From NCBI GenBank assembly GCA_037442745.1, contig JBBIPP010000002.1, positions 32,001-96,000 of the forward strand: a stretch of 64,000 bases of DNA, read 5' to 3'. The DNA comes from an archaeon (GTDB taxonomy: Archaea; SpSt-1190; DYHY01). The position numbers were made by a program, and so were the translations under genes. This document shows, in pieces, positions 1 to 8,685 of the stretch. How positions within the stretch are numbered: position 1 is the stretch's first letter; each line of letters begins with the position of its first letter. The notes under the pieces were generated by a model. The model was not told the DNA's origin. It saw only the letters and a program-made list of their open reading frames with translations, and searched no databases.

Positions 1-2
1 CT

Positions 3-284
3 CTTCGGAAGGAGACCGAAAAGCTCTATTCGGAGAGGGGAAAGGATGTCACTCCCTCACTAACTGAGCGGGAGCTAACCGTCTGCATGGCGTTAAAAGA
101 GCTCGGGAAAGGGGCCACTCTTGAGGAGATAAACTCTCACCTGAAGAACTCCCGGATGATTTCGGAGGGGCTAAGAGACACCCTTGTCGCCAGACTCAAG
201 GGAGCAGTCGAGAAGGGATATGTTGCATATGACGATTCGGCAAAGAAGTTTTTCCTTTCAAGGAAGACTTTTCTTGTGGAGTGA
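3..284 (+). CDS. 5'-truncated protein ending in a winged-helix-like domain
   Basis: Frame is open from the window edge (LRKETEKLYSERGKDVTPSLTERELTVCMALKELGKGATLEEI...KGYV). The LTERE...ATLEEI...KGYV pattern is typical of wHTH domains. Confidence 0.6.
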   Translation, partial: LRKETEKLYSERGKDVTPSLTERELTVCMALKELGKGATLEEINSHLKNSRMISEGLRDTLVARLKGAVEKGYVAYDDSAKKFFLSRKTFLVE

Positions 285-292
285 ATTAACGG

Positions 293-1024
293 ATGGCACA
301 GCAGGAGGACTTTTCGCCCGGAAGGAAAAAATTCCATCCAGTAACGCACTCCGAAAAGGAAGGCGGTGAGCGGATACGGATACACCCTTTCATATTTCCA
401 GAGGACAACTATCCGTTCGGGGAATCCGGAAAATCTAGGGCAACTCCTTTGGGAAAAAGAAGGGAATATCCGGACGAAAGCGCGGAAGAATCCGAGATTT
501 TCGCGAAAATACGCGGGGACAAGTCAATAATTCCCGGCAACACAGACCTCTTCGAGAGGGGTGGATTCGGGGAAATAGAGGGGGATTCGCTCGAGCTCTC
601 GGCTGAAGAGACAATGTACCTTTTCGAGAAAGGCAAGCTCGCAGTAATACTTCCAGAGGGGAAAAAGGCGAGGGATTTCGACCGGGTTCTCCTCGAGTTC
701 CGAAACATTCTTCCGGAAATATACATAAGATACCAGCTCTACCGGGATCTCAGGGACAGGGGATATGTTGTCCGTAGCGGACTGAAATACGGGACGCACT
801 TTAGGGTATATGACCGGGGAGTCAAGCCCACCCGCGGTGAGCGGGAAACTTGGGAGCACGCGAAATTCCTCGCCCATTCAATACCCGAATCAGCAGTCTA
901 TACAATATCCGAGCTCTCACGGTTCGTCAGGCTAGCTCACTCTGTCAGGAAGACTTTGTGGCTAGGAGTCGTTGACGGCGAAGGGGATGTGAGCTATTTC
1001 CAGATAACAAGAGCAACCCCTTGA
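293..1024 (+). CDS. endA: tRNA-splicing endonuclease, catalytic subunit
   Basis: LELSAEETMYL, YRDLRDRGYVVRSGLKYGTHFRVY, EHAKFL and RLAHSVRK contain the Tyr/His/Lys triad. There is a long charged N-terminal extension. Confidence 0.93.
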   Translation: MAQQEDFSPGRKKFHPVTHSEKEGGERIRIHPFIFPEDNYPFGESGKSRATPLGKRREYPDESAEESEIFAKIRGDKSIIPGNTDLFERGGFGEIEGDSLELSAEETMYLFEKGKLAVILPEGKKARDFDRVLLEFRNILPEIYIRYQLYRDLRDRGYVVRSGLKYGTHFRVYDRGVKPTRGERETWEHAKFLAHSIPESAVYTISELSRFVRLAHSVRKTLWLGVVDGEGDVSYFQITRATP

Positions 1025-1148
1025 TTTTTTTGGAAATGTTACGAGGTCCCGAAAATCTGTGGCGGGCGACCGCTTAGAAATTTCGGAAAAGTCCAGAAAA
1101 AGAAAGACGAAACAATTCAACCAAGGAAAGAAAAATCGAACAGCCCGT

Positions 1149-1625
1149 TCAGTTCAATTTCCCTTCTTCAAGGGCTTTTAGGGCTTCTTTTCCCTTCATT
1201 CCCTCGACAGTTATTCCCATTGAGACACAGGTTCCGACAAGCTGTTTCAGGGCAGTCTTTTCGCTCCTGAAATGGAGCTTTGTCTCCTTTTTCTCGAGGA
1301 TTTTCTTTAATTGGGAGAATTTCAGGTTCCCGACAGTCTCCTGGCCCTTGCCAGCCTCACCTTTTGCTCCCAATGACAGACCAAGCTCCTTTTTGATGAA
1401 CTCGCTAGTGGAAGGAGTCCCGACATTGACTGTAAAAGTCTTGTCGGAAGTGTTCACCGCAATTGTGACCGGAACCCGCATTCCCGAGAAATCCTTTGTG
1501 GCTGAGTTTATCTGGGCAACAACCTGCCCGGGGTTCACTCCCATCGGAGCCAAGGCCGGCCCAAGAGGAGGTCCTGCAGTCGCTTTCATTGCTTCGACAA
1601 CAACATTGATTTTCGAGATTGCCAT
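1149..1625 (-). CDS. rpl11: 50S ribosomal protein L11
   Basis: ATAGPPLGPALAPMGVN and GTCVSMGITVEG motifs; follows spt5. Confidence 0.97.
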   Translation of the reverse strand: MAISKINVVVEAMKATAGPPLGPALAPMGVNPGQVVAQINSATKDFSGMRVPVTIAVNTSDKTFTVNVGTPSTSEFIKKELGLSLGAKGEAGKGQETVGNLKFSQLKKILEKKETKLHFRSEKTALKQLVGTCVSMGITVEGMKGKEALKALEEGKLN

Positions 1626-1640
1626 TGAAAGGAAAGGGGA

Positions 1641-1660
1641 AAACGGGGTTTATAAAATAT
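1641..1660 (-). promoter_or_regulatory. TATA box for rpl11
   Basis: Minus strand reads ATTTTATAAACC about 25-30 nt upstream of the ATG at 1625. Confidence 0.55.
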
Positions 1661-1671
1661 TTGGGTGGGAG

Positions 1672-1715
1672 AAAAAAAAAGAATTGAGAGGGGGCAATAC
1701 TGCCCAACACCCCCG
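1672..1715 (-). terminator. Hairpin plus oligo-T terminator after spt5
   Basis: Minus strand GGGCA-GTAT-TGCCC stem-loop (1692-1705) followed by a T9 run (1672-1680). Confidence 0.5.
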
Positions 1716-1746
1716 AATTCCCTGAACTGTGGAACCTCCTCAAAAT

Positions 1747-2247
1747 TCAGCCCCTAGTCTCACTTTCAGCCGAGAGACCAGCCCCTGAATTCAGGTGCTG
1801 GATTACCCGCACCTGCTCCAAGGGAACTGTTACCGGGATTGCGACCGCGGCCTCCACGAACTCTATTGTTATCTCGCGCTTGCCAAGGTCAATTCTAATT
1901 ATTTTCGCCTTTTCTCCCCTGAACGCGCCAGAGACAACCTCAACAATGTCGCCCTTTTCGAGCTCGATTTTTGTCGGTTTCGCCTCGAGGAAATGCTTGA
2001 TTTCGTCAATTTTGACTAGGTGTCTTACAATTCCCCTAACGTGGTTTATTCCGGAGAGGGCTTCTTCAATGTCCCCGACGCTATCCGCCTCGACCAAAAA
2101 GTAGCCTTTCAGCTCCTTTGGTATCAGGACTGCCTTTATTCCATAGACTTTGTTCGTTGTTGCCTGCTTTCTTAGCACTAGGTCGAGTTTTTCAACAACG
2201 CCTTCCTCCCTTCCGACAGTCGTTCTTACAGCATATATTACAGTCAT
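1747..2247 (-). CDS. spt5: Transcription elongation factor Spt5 (NusG)
   Basis: IYAVRTTVGRE, LKGYFLVEA and KOW motif GDIVEVVSGAFRGEKAKI. ATG at 2247 preferred over GTG at 2262. Confidence 0.96.
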   Translation of the reverse strand: MTVIYAVRTTVGREEGVVEKLDLVLRKQATTNKVYGIKAVLIPKELKGYFLVEADSVGDIEEALSGINHVRGIVRHLVKIDEIKHFLEAKPTKIELEKGDIVEVVSGAFRGEKAKIIRIDLGKREITIEFVEAAVAIPVTVPLEQVRVIQHLNSGAGLSAESETRG

Positions 2248-2269
2248 TTTTCGTTTTCGCACTTCCTTC

Positions 2270-2437
2270 CTATATTTTCAAGAGAGTGAATATCAGGGTT
2301 ATTATCAGCCCGATTGCACCCATTACCAGGAGGCCGAGGCCAGTCAATTTCGCTATTTTGAGATATTCCTTCCAGGACGGCCTCTTTGCAACCTTTAGCA
2401 CTCTAAAATAATCGCTTAATTTTTCCTTCAAACCCAC
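2270..2437 (-). CDS. secE: Protein translocase subunit SecE/Sec61-gamma (55 aa, not in ORF track)
   Basis: Manual translation from GTG 2437: MGLKEKLSDYFRVLKVAKRPSWKEYLKIAKLTGLGLLVMGAIGLIITLIFTLLKI*. Occupies the conserved ftsZ-secE-spt5-rpl11 position and overlaps the ftsZ end by 35 bp. Confidence 0.93.
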   Translation of the reverse strand: MGLKEKLSDYFRVLKVAKRPSWKEYLKIAKLTGLGLLVMGAIGLIITLIFTLLKI

Positions 2438-3602
2438 CGGTCTTTTTCCCCCCCTTTTCCTGCTGGCCCGTGGCCGAGACGCCCTCCGAGTTGATAAAAG
2501 AGATTCCTAGGGATTTCTCCATTTTCTCCTTTCTCTTCTGCTCGAACACCTTTTCCCGCGACATCAGCTGGGACGATTGGACTCCTGTGACAATCAGGAG
2601 GACCTTTATTGATTCCTTCATGCTGTCTTCCACCCGCGCGCCCCAGATAACCTTCGCGCCGACATCCAACTTGTCTGAGACAACCGAGACTATTTGCCTT
2701 GATTCCTCCAAAGTGAGGTCAGGCCCCCCGATTACATCAACAAGGGCTCCCTTGGCTCCGACAATGTCAACATCAAGAAGGGGATTGTTGACTGCCCTCT
2801 GGATTGCTTCGGTTGCCCGGTTATCAGAATCGCTCTCCCCAAGGCCTATTAGAGCAATCCCTCCGCTCTTCATTACTGCCCTGACATCAGCGAAATCGAG
2901 GTTTATCAGACCGGGCTTTGTTATTAGTTCAGTAATTCCCTTCACCGCATTGACAAGGAGCTCGTCAGCAACCTTGAAAGCAGTTGCTATCGGGATGTCA
3001 GGGACAATCTGCAAAAGCTTGTCGTTCGGCACAATTATCAGTGTGTCGACAGTTGTCTCAAGCTTTGCAAGGCCGACTGAAGCGTTGTCCCACCTGTGCT
3101 TTCCTTCCATCTCGAAGGGAAGCGTTGCGACCCCGATAACGAGCGCGCCCATTTTCTTTGCAATTTCGGAGACAACTGGAGCGCTTCCTGTGCCTGTTCC
3201 GCCCCCAAGACCACAGGTTACAAAGACCAAGTCCGCTCCAGAAAGAGCCTGCTTGATATCGGGTTCAGTCTCCCTTGCCGCAGCCTCTCCGACTGACGGG
3301 TCCGCTCCCGCTCCGAGACCTGCGGTAGTCTCCCGCCCAATCAATATTTTCTTGTTCGCCTTGATTTTCATCAGGTCCTGGGCATCGGTGTTTACTGCGA
3401 TAATTTCAGCGCCCTCAATTCCCAGCTCCATCATGCGGTCAACCGAGTTCCCCCCGGCCCCTCCGCACCCGACAACCTTTATCACAGCTCTTGCGCCGGA
3501 AAAATCGCTCGTGTCGTTTGATATTTCCCGAGTCTTCTTTTCCTGCTCAGCCACGCGCCCAATTGCGTTCTGGATTAAGCCTCTCATAATGTTTTCACTC
3601 AA
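2403..3602 (-). CDS. ftsZ: Cell division protein FtsZ (FtsZ1 type)
   Basis: VVGCGGAGGN, GLGGGTGTG tubulin signature and INLDFADV. Confidence 0.98.
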   Translation of the reverse strand: MSENIMRGLIQNAIGRVAEQEKKTREISNDTSDFSGARAVIKVVGCGGAGGNSVDRMMELGIEGAEIIAVNTDAQDLMKIKANKKILIGRETTAGLGAGADPSVGEAAARETEPDIKQALSGADLVFVTCGLGGGTGTGSAPVVSEIAKKMGALVIGVATLPFEMEGKHRWDNASVGLAKLETTVDTLIIVPNDKLLQIVPDIPIATAFKVADELLVNAVKGITELITKPGLINLDFADVRAVMKSGGIALIGLGESDSDNRATEAIQRAVNNPLLDVDIVGAKGALVDVIGGPDLTLEESRQIVSVVSDKLDVGAKVIWGARVEDSMKESIKVLLIVTGVQSSQLMSREKVFEQKRKEKMEKSLGISFINSEGVSATGQQEKGGKKTGGFEGKIKRLF

Positions 3603-4260
3603 ACAAGTAGCTGAATTTAACCTTTTTTATTTCAGGTATTCCCGATTTTGTTTCCTCGGCAATTTCAGCCATTGTTTCCTTTGGTATCGGGTTGTCCGCA
3701 GGGACAATAACTTCAGCAGAGTCGCCATTTACCGAGAAATTGCTTTCCTGGCCCTTGTGGGCATTGAGCCTGAGGATGCCGGCGAACTTTTCCTTCACGT
3801 CAGTTACGATTTTTTCAAGTGTGAACTCGTACTCAACGTCCTTTCCGGCAAGAGGGTGGTTAAAGTCAATGACAACCCTTCCTCCAGTGACAGACTGGAC
3901 TTTGCCCATTAGCCCACGGACATTCACAATCATTCCGGGCATTGGCTTTTTTTCCTTGAAAATCTTGTCCAGGACAGTCTGGATTTTCCCCGGATCCCTA
4001 GGGCCGAACGCGTCGGAATACCCGAGCCTGACAGTTTTTTTCTCGCCAGGGGACATTTTCAAGACAGCATCTTCCAGGCCCTTTAGCATATGCCCGCTCC
4101 CTAGCCGGACAACCATTGGCCCGTATATCACGTTGTCTGAGAACAAGTTGTGCTCCTTTGCCTCCTTCTCCCCTGTGAGGTCAAAGACTTCCCCAGAGTC
4201 GGCAACTTTTCCAATATAGCTTACAGCAACAAAGTCCCCGATTTTCGGATTTTCCGCCAT
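3595..4260 (-). CDS. FKBP-type peptidyl-prolyl isomerase (archaeal long SlyD type)
   Basis: GDFVAVSYIGK, GEVFDLT, LKGLEDA, AFGPRD and IDFNHPLAGK. Confidence 0.93.
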   Translation of the reverse strand: MAENPKIGDFVAVSYIGKVADSGEVFDLTGEKEAKEHNLFSDNVIYGPMVVRLGSGHMLKGLEDAVLKMSPGEKKTVRLGYSDAFGPRDPGKIQTVLDKIFKEKKPMPGMIVNVRGLMGKVQSVTGGRVVIDFNHPLAGKDVEYEFTLEKIVTDVKEKFAGILRLNAHKGQESNFSVNGDSAEVIVPADNPIPKETMAEIAEETKSGIPEIKKVKFSYLFE

Positions 4261-4374
4261 TTTTCGTTTTTCTCCATTCTTTCCAGTTCCCCCGCTTTTC
4301 TGAAAACAAAAAAGCGGAATAAACCCGAAGTGTTTTTAGGCACTATTTTTAAACTTATGTTGTTCCCCTTAATA

Positions 4375-4755
4375 ATGGCTGAAGAAATCCAAGGGAATCC
4401 GAACAAAAAGCCCCTGCACATACACAAAGAAATAGCAATCCCCGAGAAAATGCCCAAAGTATATGCAATTGGCGCAGCTGGAGGATTCACTCCATACGAT
4501 TTTCGGCTCCTGTTTTTCGATGCCGGAAGGAACGCGCCCGAGGGAAGGGTGGAAGTCGCGCTCTCGCCTTTGGCAGCAAGGGAACTTCGGGACTGGCTAG
4601 ACAACCTGATACGAGATTTCGAGAAGAACATCAGGAAAATAGAGGCTCCGGAGAAATCCGACAAGCCCAAGCGCAAGATGTTCGAGAAGAGGCCCGATTC
4701 AGCGGAGGAAAGCAATTCGTCCGGAGCAGTCTCTTCCCTTAGAATGTTCGGCTAG
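4375..4755 (+). CDS. Small hypothetical protein, DUF3467-like
   Basis: KVYAIGAAGGFTPYDFRLLF...VALSPLAARELRDWLDNLIRDFEK resembles DUF3467. A TTTTAAA box lies upstream of ATG 4375. Confidence 0.6.
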   Translation: MAEEIQGNPNKKPLHIHKEIAIPEKMPKVYAIGAAGGFTPYDFRLLFFDAGRNAPEGRVEVALSPLAARELRDWLDNLIRDFEKNIRKIEAPEKSDKPKRKMFEKRPDSAEESNSSGAVSSLRMFG

Positions 4756-4852
4756 CCAGATTCTTGGGGAAGTCTCCCGAATAGCCCCAAGCTCCTTTGA
4801 TACATACAGAGGCCCGTCCGGCGGACTGACAATTCCCTCTTATTTTCGCGAA

Positions 4853-6202
4853 TCAGTTCCTTTTAATCGGCACATATGCTTCCTCTTCCAAGAGTAGAAG
4901 CATAAGGAAAACGACAACCCCTGTCCCAACTGCCCAGAGCTTTGGCGCAGTTTCGACATAGTCGAACTGGAGCCAGCCAAGGAGGAACACGAGCGAGAAA
5001 TAGACAGAGACCGCAACGTTTCCGACAATCCAGGAGCCAGAGGATGCAAAGAATATTGAGACAATCCCCACAATCAGGAGAGCCAAGACTGCTTGGAAGA
5101 GGATGAATGATGTCCTGAACGCGACAATTCCGGTCGCAACCGCAAGAACAACTCCTAGGAACCTTCTCAGGGATTTCGGAATTCCCGGGAGGTTCTGGGG
5201 GGAGAGGAGGCATACAGCAACTGTCGCGAGGAAAATTATCCCGAGACCATACCAGACGCTCGATAACGAGGGCAGGCCCCATCTTGAGAAAATCGCGCCC
5301 ATGAAATAGGCAGATGTCATCAGGAACCAGACCAGAGGGTCGTCAATTGCGAAGAAGTGGGAGCCAAGAAACCCCTTGGCTGAGAGGCTCTCCAACGCGC
5401 CCTCCACCTTTTCAGTCGCGACTCCGAGCCAGCCGGCAATTACTGGCGAATGTTTTTTGTCGTTACCAAAGCTCTTTGTATATGCGAGCACCTTCTCCTC
5501 GTGCTCCGAGAGCACTCTTGCAGCCATCACATGCTCGTAGAACATCACTCCCGCCGGAACAATTGCAGAGGATGCCATGAGAGCTATCCCGTTCGCGACT
5601 GCCGAGAAAATCCCGAGATATCCGGTGTATTCGTATGTGAACGCCGCAATTCCTACGAACATCAGGGTCTCAATAATGTAGATTCCGGCAACTCCTTTGG
5701 AGAGCTTTGAATATGTCTCGAAAATCGAGGTCATAACTGTTGCTGGCTTTCTCCTCTCGTCGAAATATTTCTTGACAAGGGTGTAATTTATCCCGGCCGC
5801 TGTAGTGAATGTGAACGCGGCGAAGAGCCCCTCAATTCCCGAAGGGGTGTGCCCCAAAGCGAAGAAAATCAGGAGAGTCACAGGAATTGAGAAGACTGCG
5901 GGGTAGAGTATTGTCAATGCCTTCCTGAAGCTCTTGAGCATTACTGTCAGAAGGGTTGATGTTGCGACAACTAGGGATGCGAAAAGGAGGACTGTCGGGC
6001 CGAGGTAAGATGTGAAAATCGGGTCCGATGTTACGAACACGCCTCCGAGGAAAATCAGAAAGGAGAGGAAAAGCACAGCTTTCCAATAATATGTCGCCTC
6101 CCGTGCAAGGGGAGCCATTATCCTGCTATATCCACGATGCTCAATTGGGGAGGAAAGCGCGCCCTGGTGAGAAATGTGCCTTTGACTCGAGTTTGCCATC
6201 AA
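4853..6202 (-). CDS. Polytopic membrane protein: MMPL/RND-like TM half, internal HTH, second TM bundle
   Basis: About 12 hydrophobic helices. SFRKALTIL...KYFDERRK...GIALMASSAIVPA resembles an MMPL TM repeat; LSEHEEKVL...IAGWLGV...ALESLSAKGFL resembles a wHTH. Confidence 0.55.
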   Translation of the reverse strand: MMANSSQRHISHQGALSSPIEHRGYSRIMAPLAREATYYWKAVLFLSFLIFLGGVFVTSDPIFTSYLGPTVLLFASLVVATSTLLTVMLKSFRKALTILYPAVFSIPVTLLIFFALGHTPSGIEGLFAAFTFTTAAGINYTLVKKYFDERRKPATVMTSIFETYSKLSKGVAGIYIIETLMFVGIAAFTYEYTGYLGIFSAVANGIALMASSAIVPAGVMFYEHVMAARVLSEHEEKVLAYTKSFGNDKKHSPVIAGWLGVATEKVEGALESLSAKGFLGSHFFAIDDPLVWFLMTSAYFMGAIFSRWGLPSLSSVWYGLGIIFLATVAVCLLSPQNLPGIPKSLRRFLGVVLAVATGIVAFRTSFILFQAVLALLIVGIVSIFFASSGSWIVGNVAVSVYFSLVFLLGWLQFDYVETAPKLWAVGTGVVVFLMLLLLEEEAYVPIKRN

Positions 6203-6237
6203 TTGCAGGAGAAGAGACGTGTTTTTATTCTTTTTCG

Positions 6238-7146
6238 CTATTTGAGGTCAATTAGGAGAATTCCCTCTTTTTTCCTGAATTCCCGCGCCTTTCCCAGAGG
6301 GAGCCCTTCTCTTGCCAGCCCTATCTCGGAATCTACAAGCGCGAGATTCTGCAATATCAGGTTCCCTGCTCTCTTTGCCTCCTCAGCCTTTTCTTCCAAG
6401 GCAAGAATGTTTTTCTCAGCAAGCTCAACAATTCTTGCTTCTTGCTTTCCTTCCGTGTCTGCTTTCTCTCGGACCCTTGCAGTTCCCTTATCTGGAGAGA
6501 ATGCAGGGTAACTTGGAGTTGCCGAAAAAATCTCGCGAATTTTCCCAAGCGCCTTCCCGATGTCGTTGCCCGCAGCCTTGACAACTTCGTTAGATATTTC
6601 CGGGCCGAGGCCAAGGTCTACTGCAAGGAATTTTCCAAGAGAGCTGTTCTCAGGTAGTTTGAAATTGCCAATTGAAAGCTCAAGGGGGCTCTTTTTTGCT
6701 CCAATTGGGGGGATATAACGCTCTCCCGGGAATATTTTCCGCCCCTTCCAGGCTCTCTTCTCAAGGGCGAATGCAATAATGTCGTTCTCCCCTTTCAGTA
6801 TTAGGACGTTCCCCGAGAAAGCCTCGTGGATTAGGGACACTTGCCCCGAGAAATCGATTCGAAGAATTCTGTCGAATCCGACCTGCCCTGCCGACCGAAC
6901 TGTCCTTCCGGAAAGGAACTCACGCCCGAATTTCCAGGGCTCCTTTGTTTCGTTTTCATGGAGCTTGTCGAGGAAGCCAAAAGAGCCCTTTTCAATTACA
7001 AGGCTCCTTTTACCGCCGAGCCATTTAGAGTAGAACTCTATTGAGAAGGAATTATCGGAAATCCTGAAAATTCCCTTCTCCACCTTGGCTCCGGGGAGAT
7101 TCTCAGAAACCCATTTAGATGCTAGGAAGAACTCGAGGCTGTTCAC
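6238..7146 (-). CDS. Truncated NFACT/Rqc2 (FbpA N-terminal domain) protein
   Basis: QVGFDRILRIDF, GNVLIL, RKIFPGERYIPP and LGLGPEISNEV. Ends shortly after the first coiled coil. Probable GTG start at 7146 is coupled to the scpB stop. Confidence 0.75.
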   Translation of the reverse strand: MNSLEFFLASKWVSENLPGAKVEKGIFRISDNSFSIEFYSKWLGGKRSLVIEKGSFGFLDKLHENETKEPWKFGREFLSGRTVRSAGQVGFDRILRIDFSGQVSLIHEAFSGNVLILKGENDIIAFALEKRAWKGRKIFPGERYIPPIGAKKSPLELSIGNFKLPENSSLGKFLAVDLGLGPEISNEVVKAAGNDIGKALGKIREIFSATPSYPAFSPDKGTARVREKADTEGKQEARIVELAEKNILALEEKAEEAKRAGNLILQNLALVDSEIGLAREGLPLGKAREFRKKEGILLIDLK

Positions 7147-7934
7147 TAAGGAGACTCCTCCCCGCCATCCGGCTTTTCTTCCCATTTCCCGCTTTCAGAG
7201 ACCTGCCCATCCTTGTCTCTGTCAGAAAATTCCGCAGAATCCCCGAGCCGGTCGGGCGCATCACTTTCCTCGGAAGAAACCTCCTCCCGCGCCTTTTCAA
7301 CCGCCCCGTCAATTATTGCCTTGTCCCTCGAATCGAGTTTGTCCCTAAGGGATTCCAAGGGAGCTCCGAAATAATCGGAAAATCTCTCCGTAGTTTTGAG
7401 TATGCGGGTTATTCCCTTCGGTTCCGCGACAATTAGTCCTGCGCCAATTAGGTTTTTCACCTGCTCATATGCCCGGTTCCCGCGTATTTTCACAATTTCG
7501 CTCTGCTTTATTGGCTGGTAGAAGGCTATTACAGCAAGTGTCTTTGTCTCGCCGTCTGACAAGTCTGTGAAGTTGGAGAGGCGCCTGACCCTTGAGAGAT
7601 ATGCGTCCTTCACTTTCATTTTGTACTTTATTTCGGCGCCGACTTCCCTAGAGACTTCAAGAGCGCTGTCCGGCCTATTCTCCTCGGCAAGGGATTCGAG
7701 GGCGTTTCTTGCTCTTGCCGGAGTCAAGGCAGGAACTGCCTTTAGAATTTCTTTAACGCCAAGACTCCTTCCCGAAATGAAAAGCGCCGCCTCGACAAGC
7801 ATCCTGTTTTCCGTTTGGCTAGTCTCCCTGTCGGGCGTTGCCGGCTCTTTTCCGTCCTTTTCGTCAGATTCATCCGCCTTTTCAGAGGACTTGTTTTCTT
7901 CCAGAATTTCTGCGGAAAATCCGCTATCTTCCAT
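7146..7934 (-). CDS. scpB: SMC-Scp complex subunit ScpB
   Basis: LVEAALFISG, ETKTLAVIAFYQPIKQSEIVKIRG and TTERFSDYFG. GGAGG precedes ATG 7934. Confidence 0.93.
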   Translation of the reverse strand: MEDSGFSAEILEENKSSEKADESDEKDGKEPATPDRETSQTENRMLVEAALFISGRSLGVKEILKAVPALTPARARNALESLAEENRPDSALEVSREVGAEIKYKMKVKDAYLSRVRRLSNFTDLSDGETKTLAVIAFYQPIKQSEIVKIRGNRAYEQVKNLIGAGLIVAEPKGITRILKTTERFSDYFGAPLESLRDKLDSRDKAIIDGAVEKAREEVSSEESDAPDRLGDSAEFSDRDKDGQVSESGKWEEKPDGGEESP

Positions 7935-8652
7935 CAGGGAAACCTCCATTAGGCTCCGCTACGGACGCATTTTCGACCGTAGGAAGAATGGCCAGGTCCG
8001 CCCTCCTTATCTCAATTGGGCCGTTCCATTCTTCCTGAACCAAGTCAAGCTCGCTATTGTTCGCCATCTGAAGAATTGCAAGAAAAGCTATCTCGAACTT
8101 TTTGTACCGTAGGATTTCCGAGAAGAAGACCCGCTCCCTTGCTGAGAACAAGTCGTCGAAAATGACTCGGAGGTCCCGCATCACTTCCTCAATATTGGCA
8201 GTCGTTATTTTCACCCCGATCTGCCTCAGGTTCTTTCTGCGCATGAGCTTTCTTTTTTCGACCTCAAAAGCGCTCCTCAGTGCGTCAACCAGCTCGACAA
8301 TCGTGATTTTCCTCTCAACAATCCTCCTCACAGGATGGAGATCGGGGACTGAATTGATGTCAATTTCAAGGGCGTCCGCGACTGTCCTGGCCTCCCTCTC
8401 AATTTTTTCCCTCTCCTCGAAGAACAATTTCTCGCTTTTCAGTTTCAGGAGGGCTGCTGATGTTATCAGGGCCTTTGCGGGTATCCTGAAATTGAGCTTG
8501 GCAATTGCCGAAATCCTCTCAAGATACCTTCCTGTGAGAATTGTTATGTCAATGTCCCAGGGGTTTATTTTCTCCTCTTTCACGAGTTCAACTAGCTGGG
8601 AATCCCATTTCTCAAGTTCGTCAAGCGCCAGGCTTATGAAATCAATCCCCAT
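7924..8652 (-). CDS. scpA: Segregation and condensation protein ScpA (kleisin)
   Basis: INPWDIDITILTGRYL, AALLKLKSEKL and FLAILQMAN...DLVQEEWNGPI; adjacent to scpB. Confidence 0.92.
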   Translation of the reverse strand: MGIDFISLALDELEKWDSQLVELVKEEKINPWDIDITILTGRYLERISAIAKLNFRIPAKALITSAALLKLKSEKLFFEEREKIEREARTVADALEIDINSVPDLHPVRRIVERKITIVELVDALRSAFEVEKRKLMRRKNLRQIGVKITTANIEEVMRDLRVIFDDLFSARERVFFSEILRYKKFEIAFLAILQMANNSELDLVQEEWNGPIEIRRADLAILPTVENASVAEPNGGFPDGR

Positions 8653-8685
8653 TCGGAAAAAAGCCCCCCTTCCTCAGGTTTTAAA

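Noticed and set aside
1685-1745. Structured ncRNA or L1-binding leader upstream of rpl11
   Set aside because: The hairpin lies upstream of the rpl11 TATA box and is followed by oligo-T, so a terminator is the simpler reading.
2470-3912. 480-aa plus-strand ORF
   Set aside because: Antisense shadow of ftsZ and the FKBP gene, with no motifs of its own.
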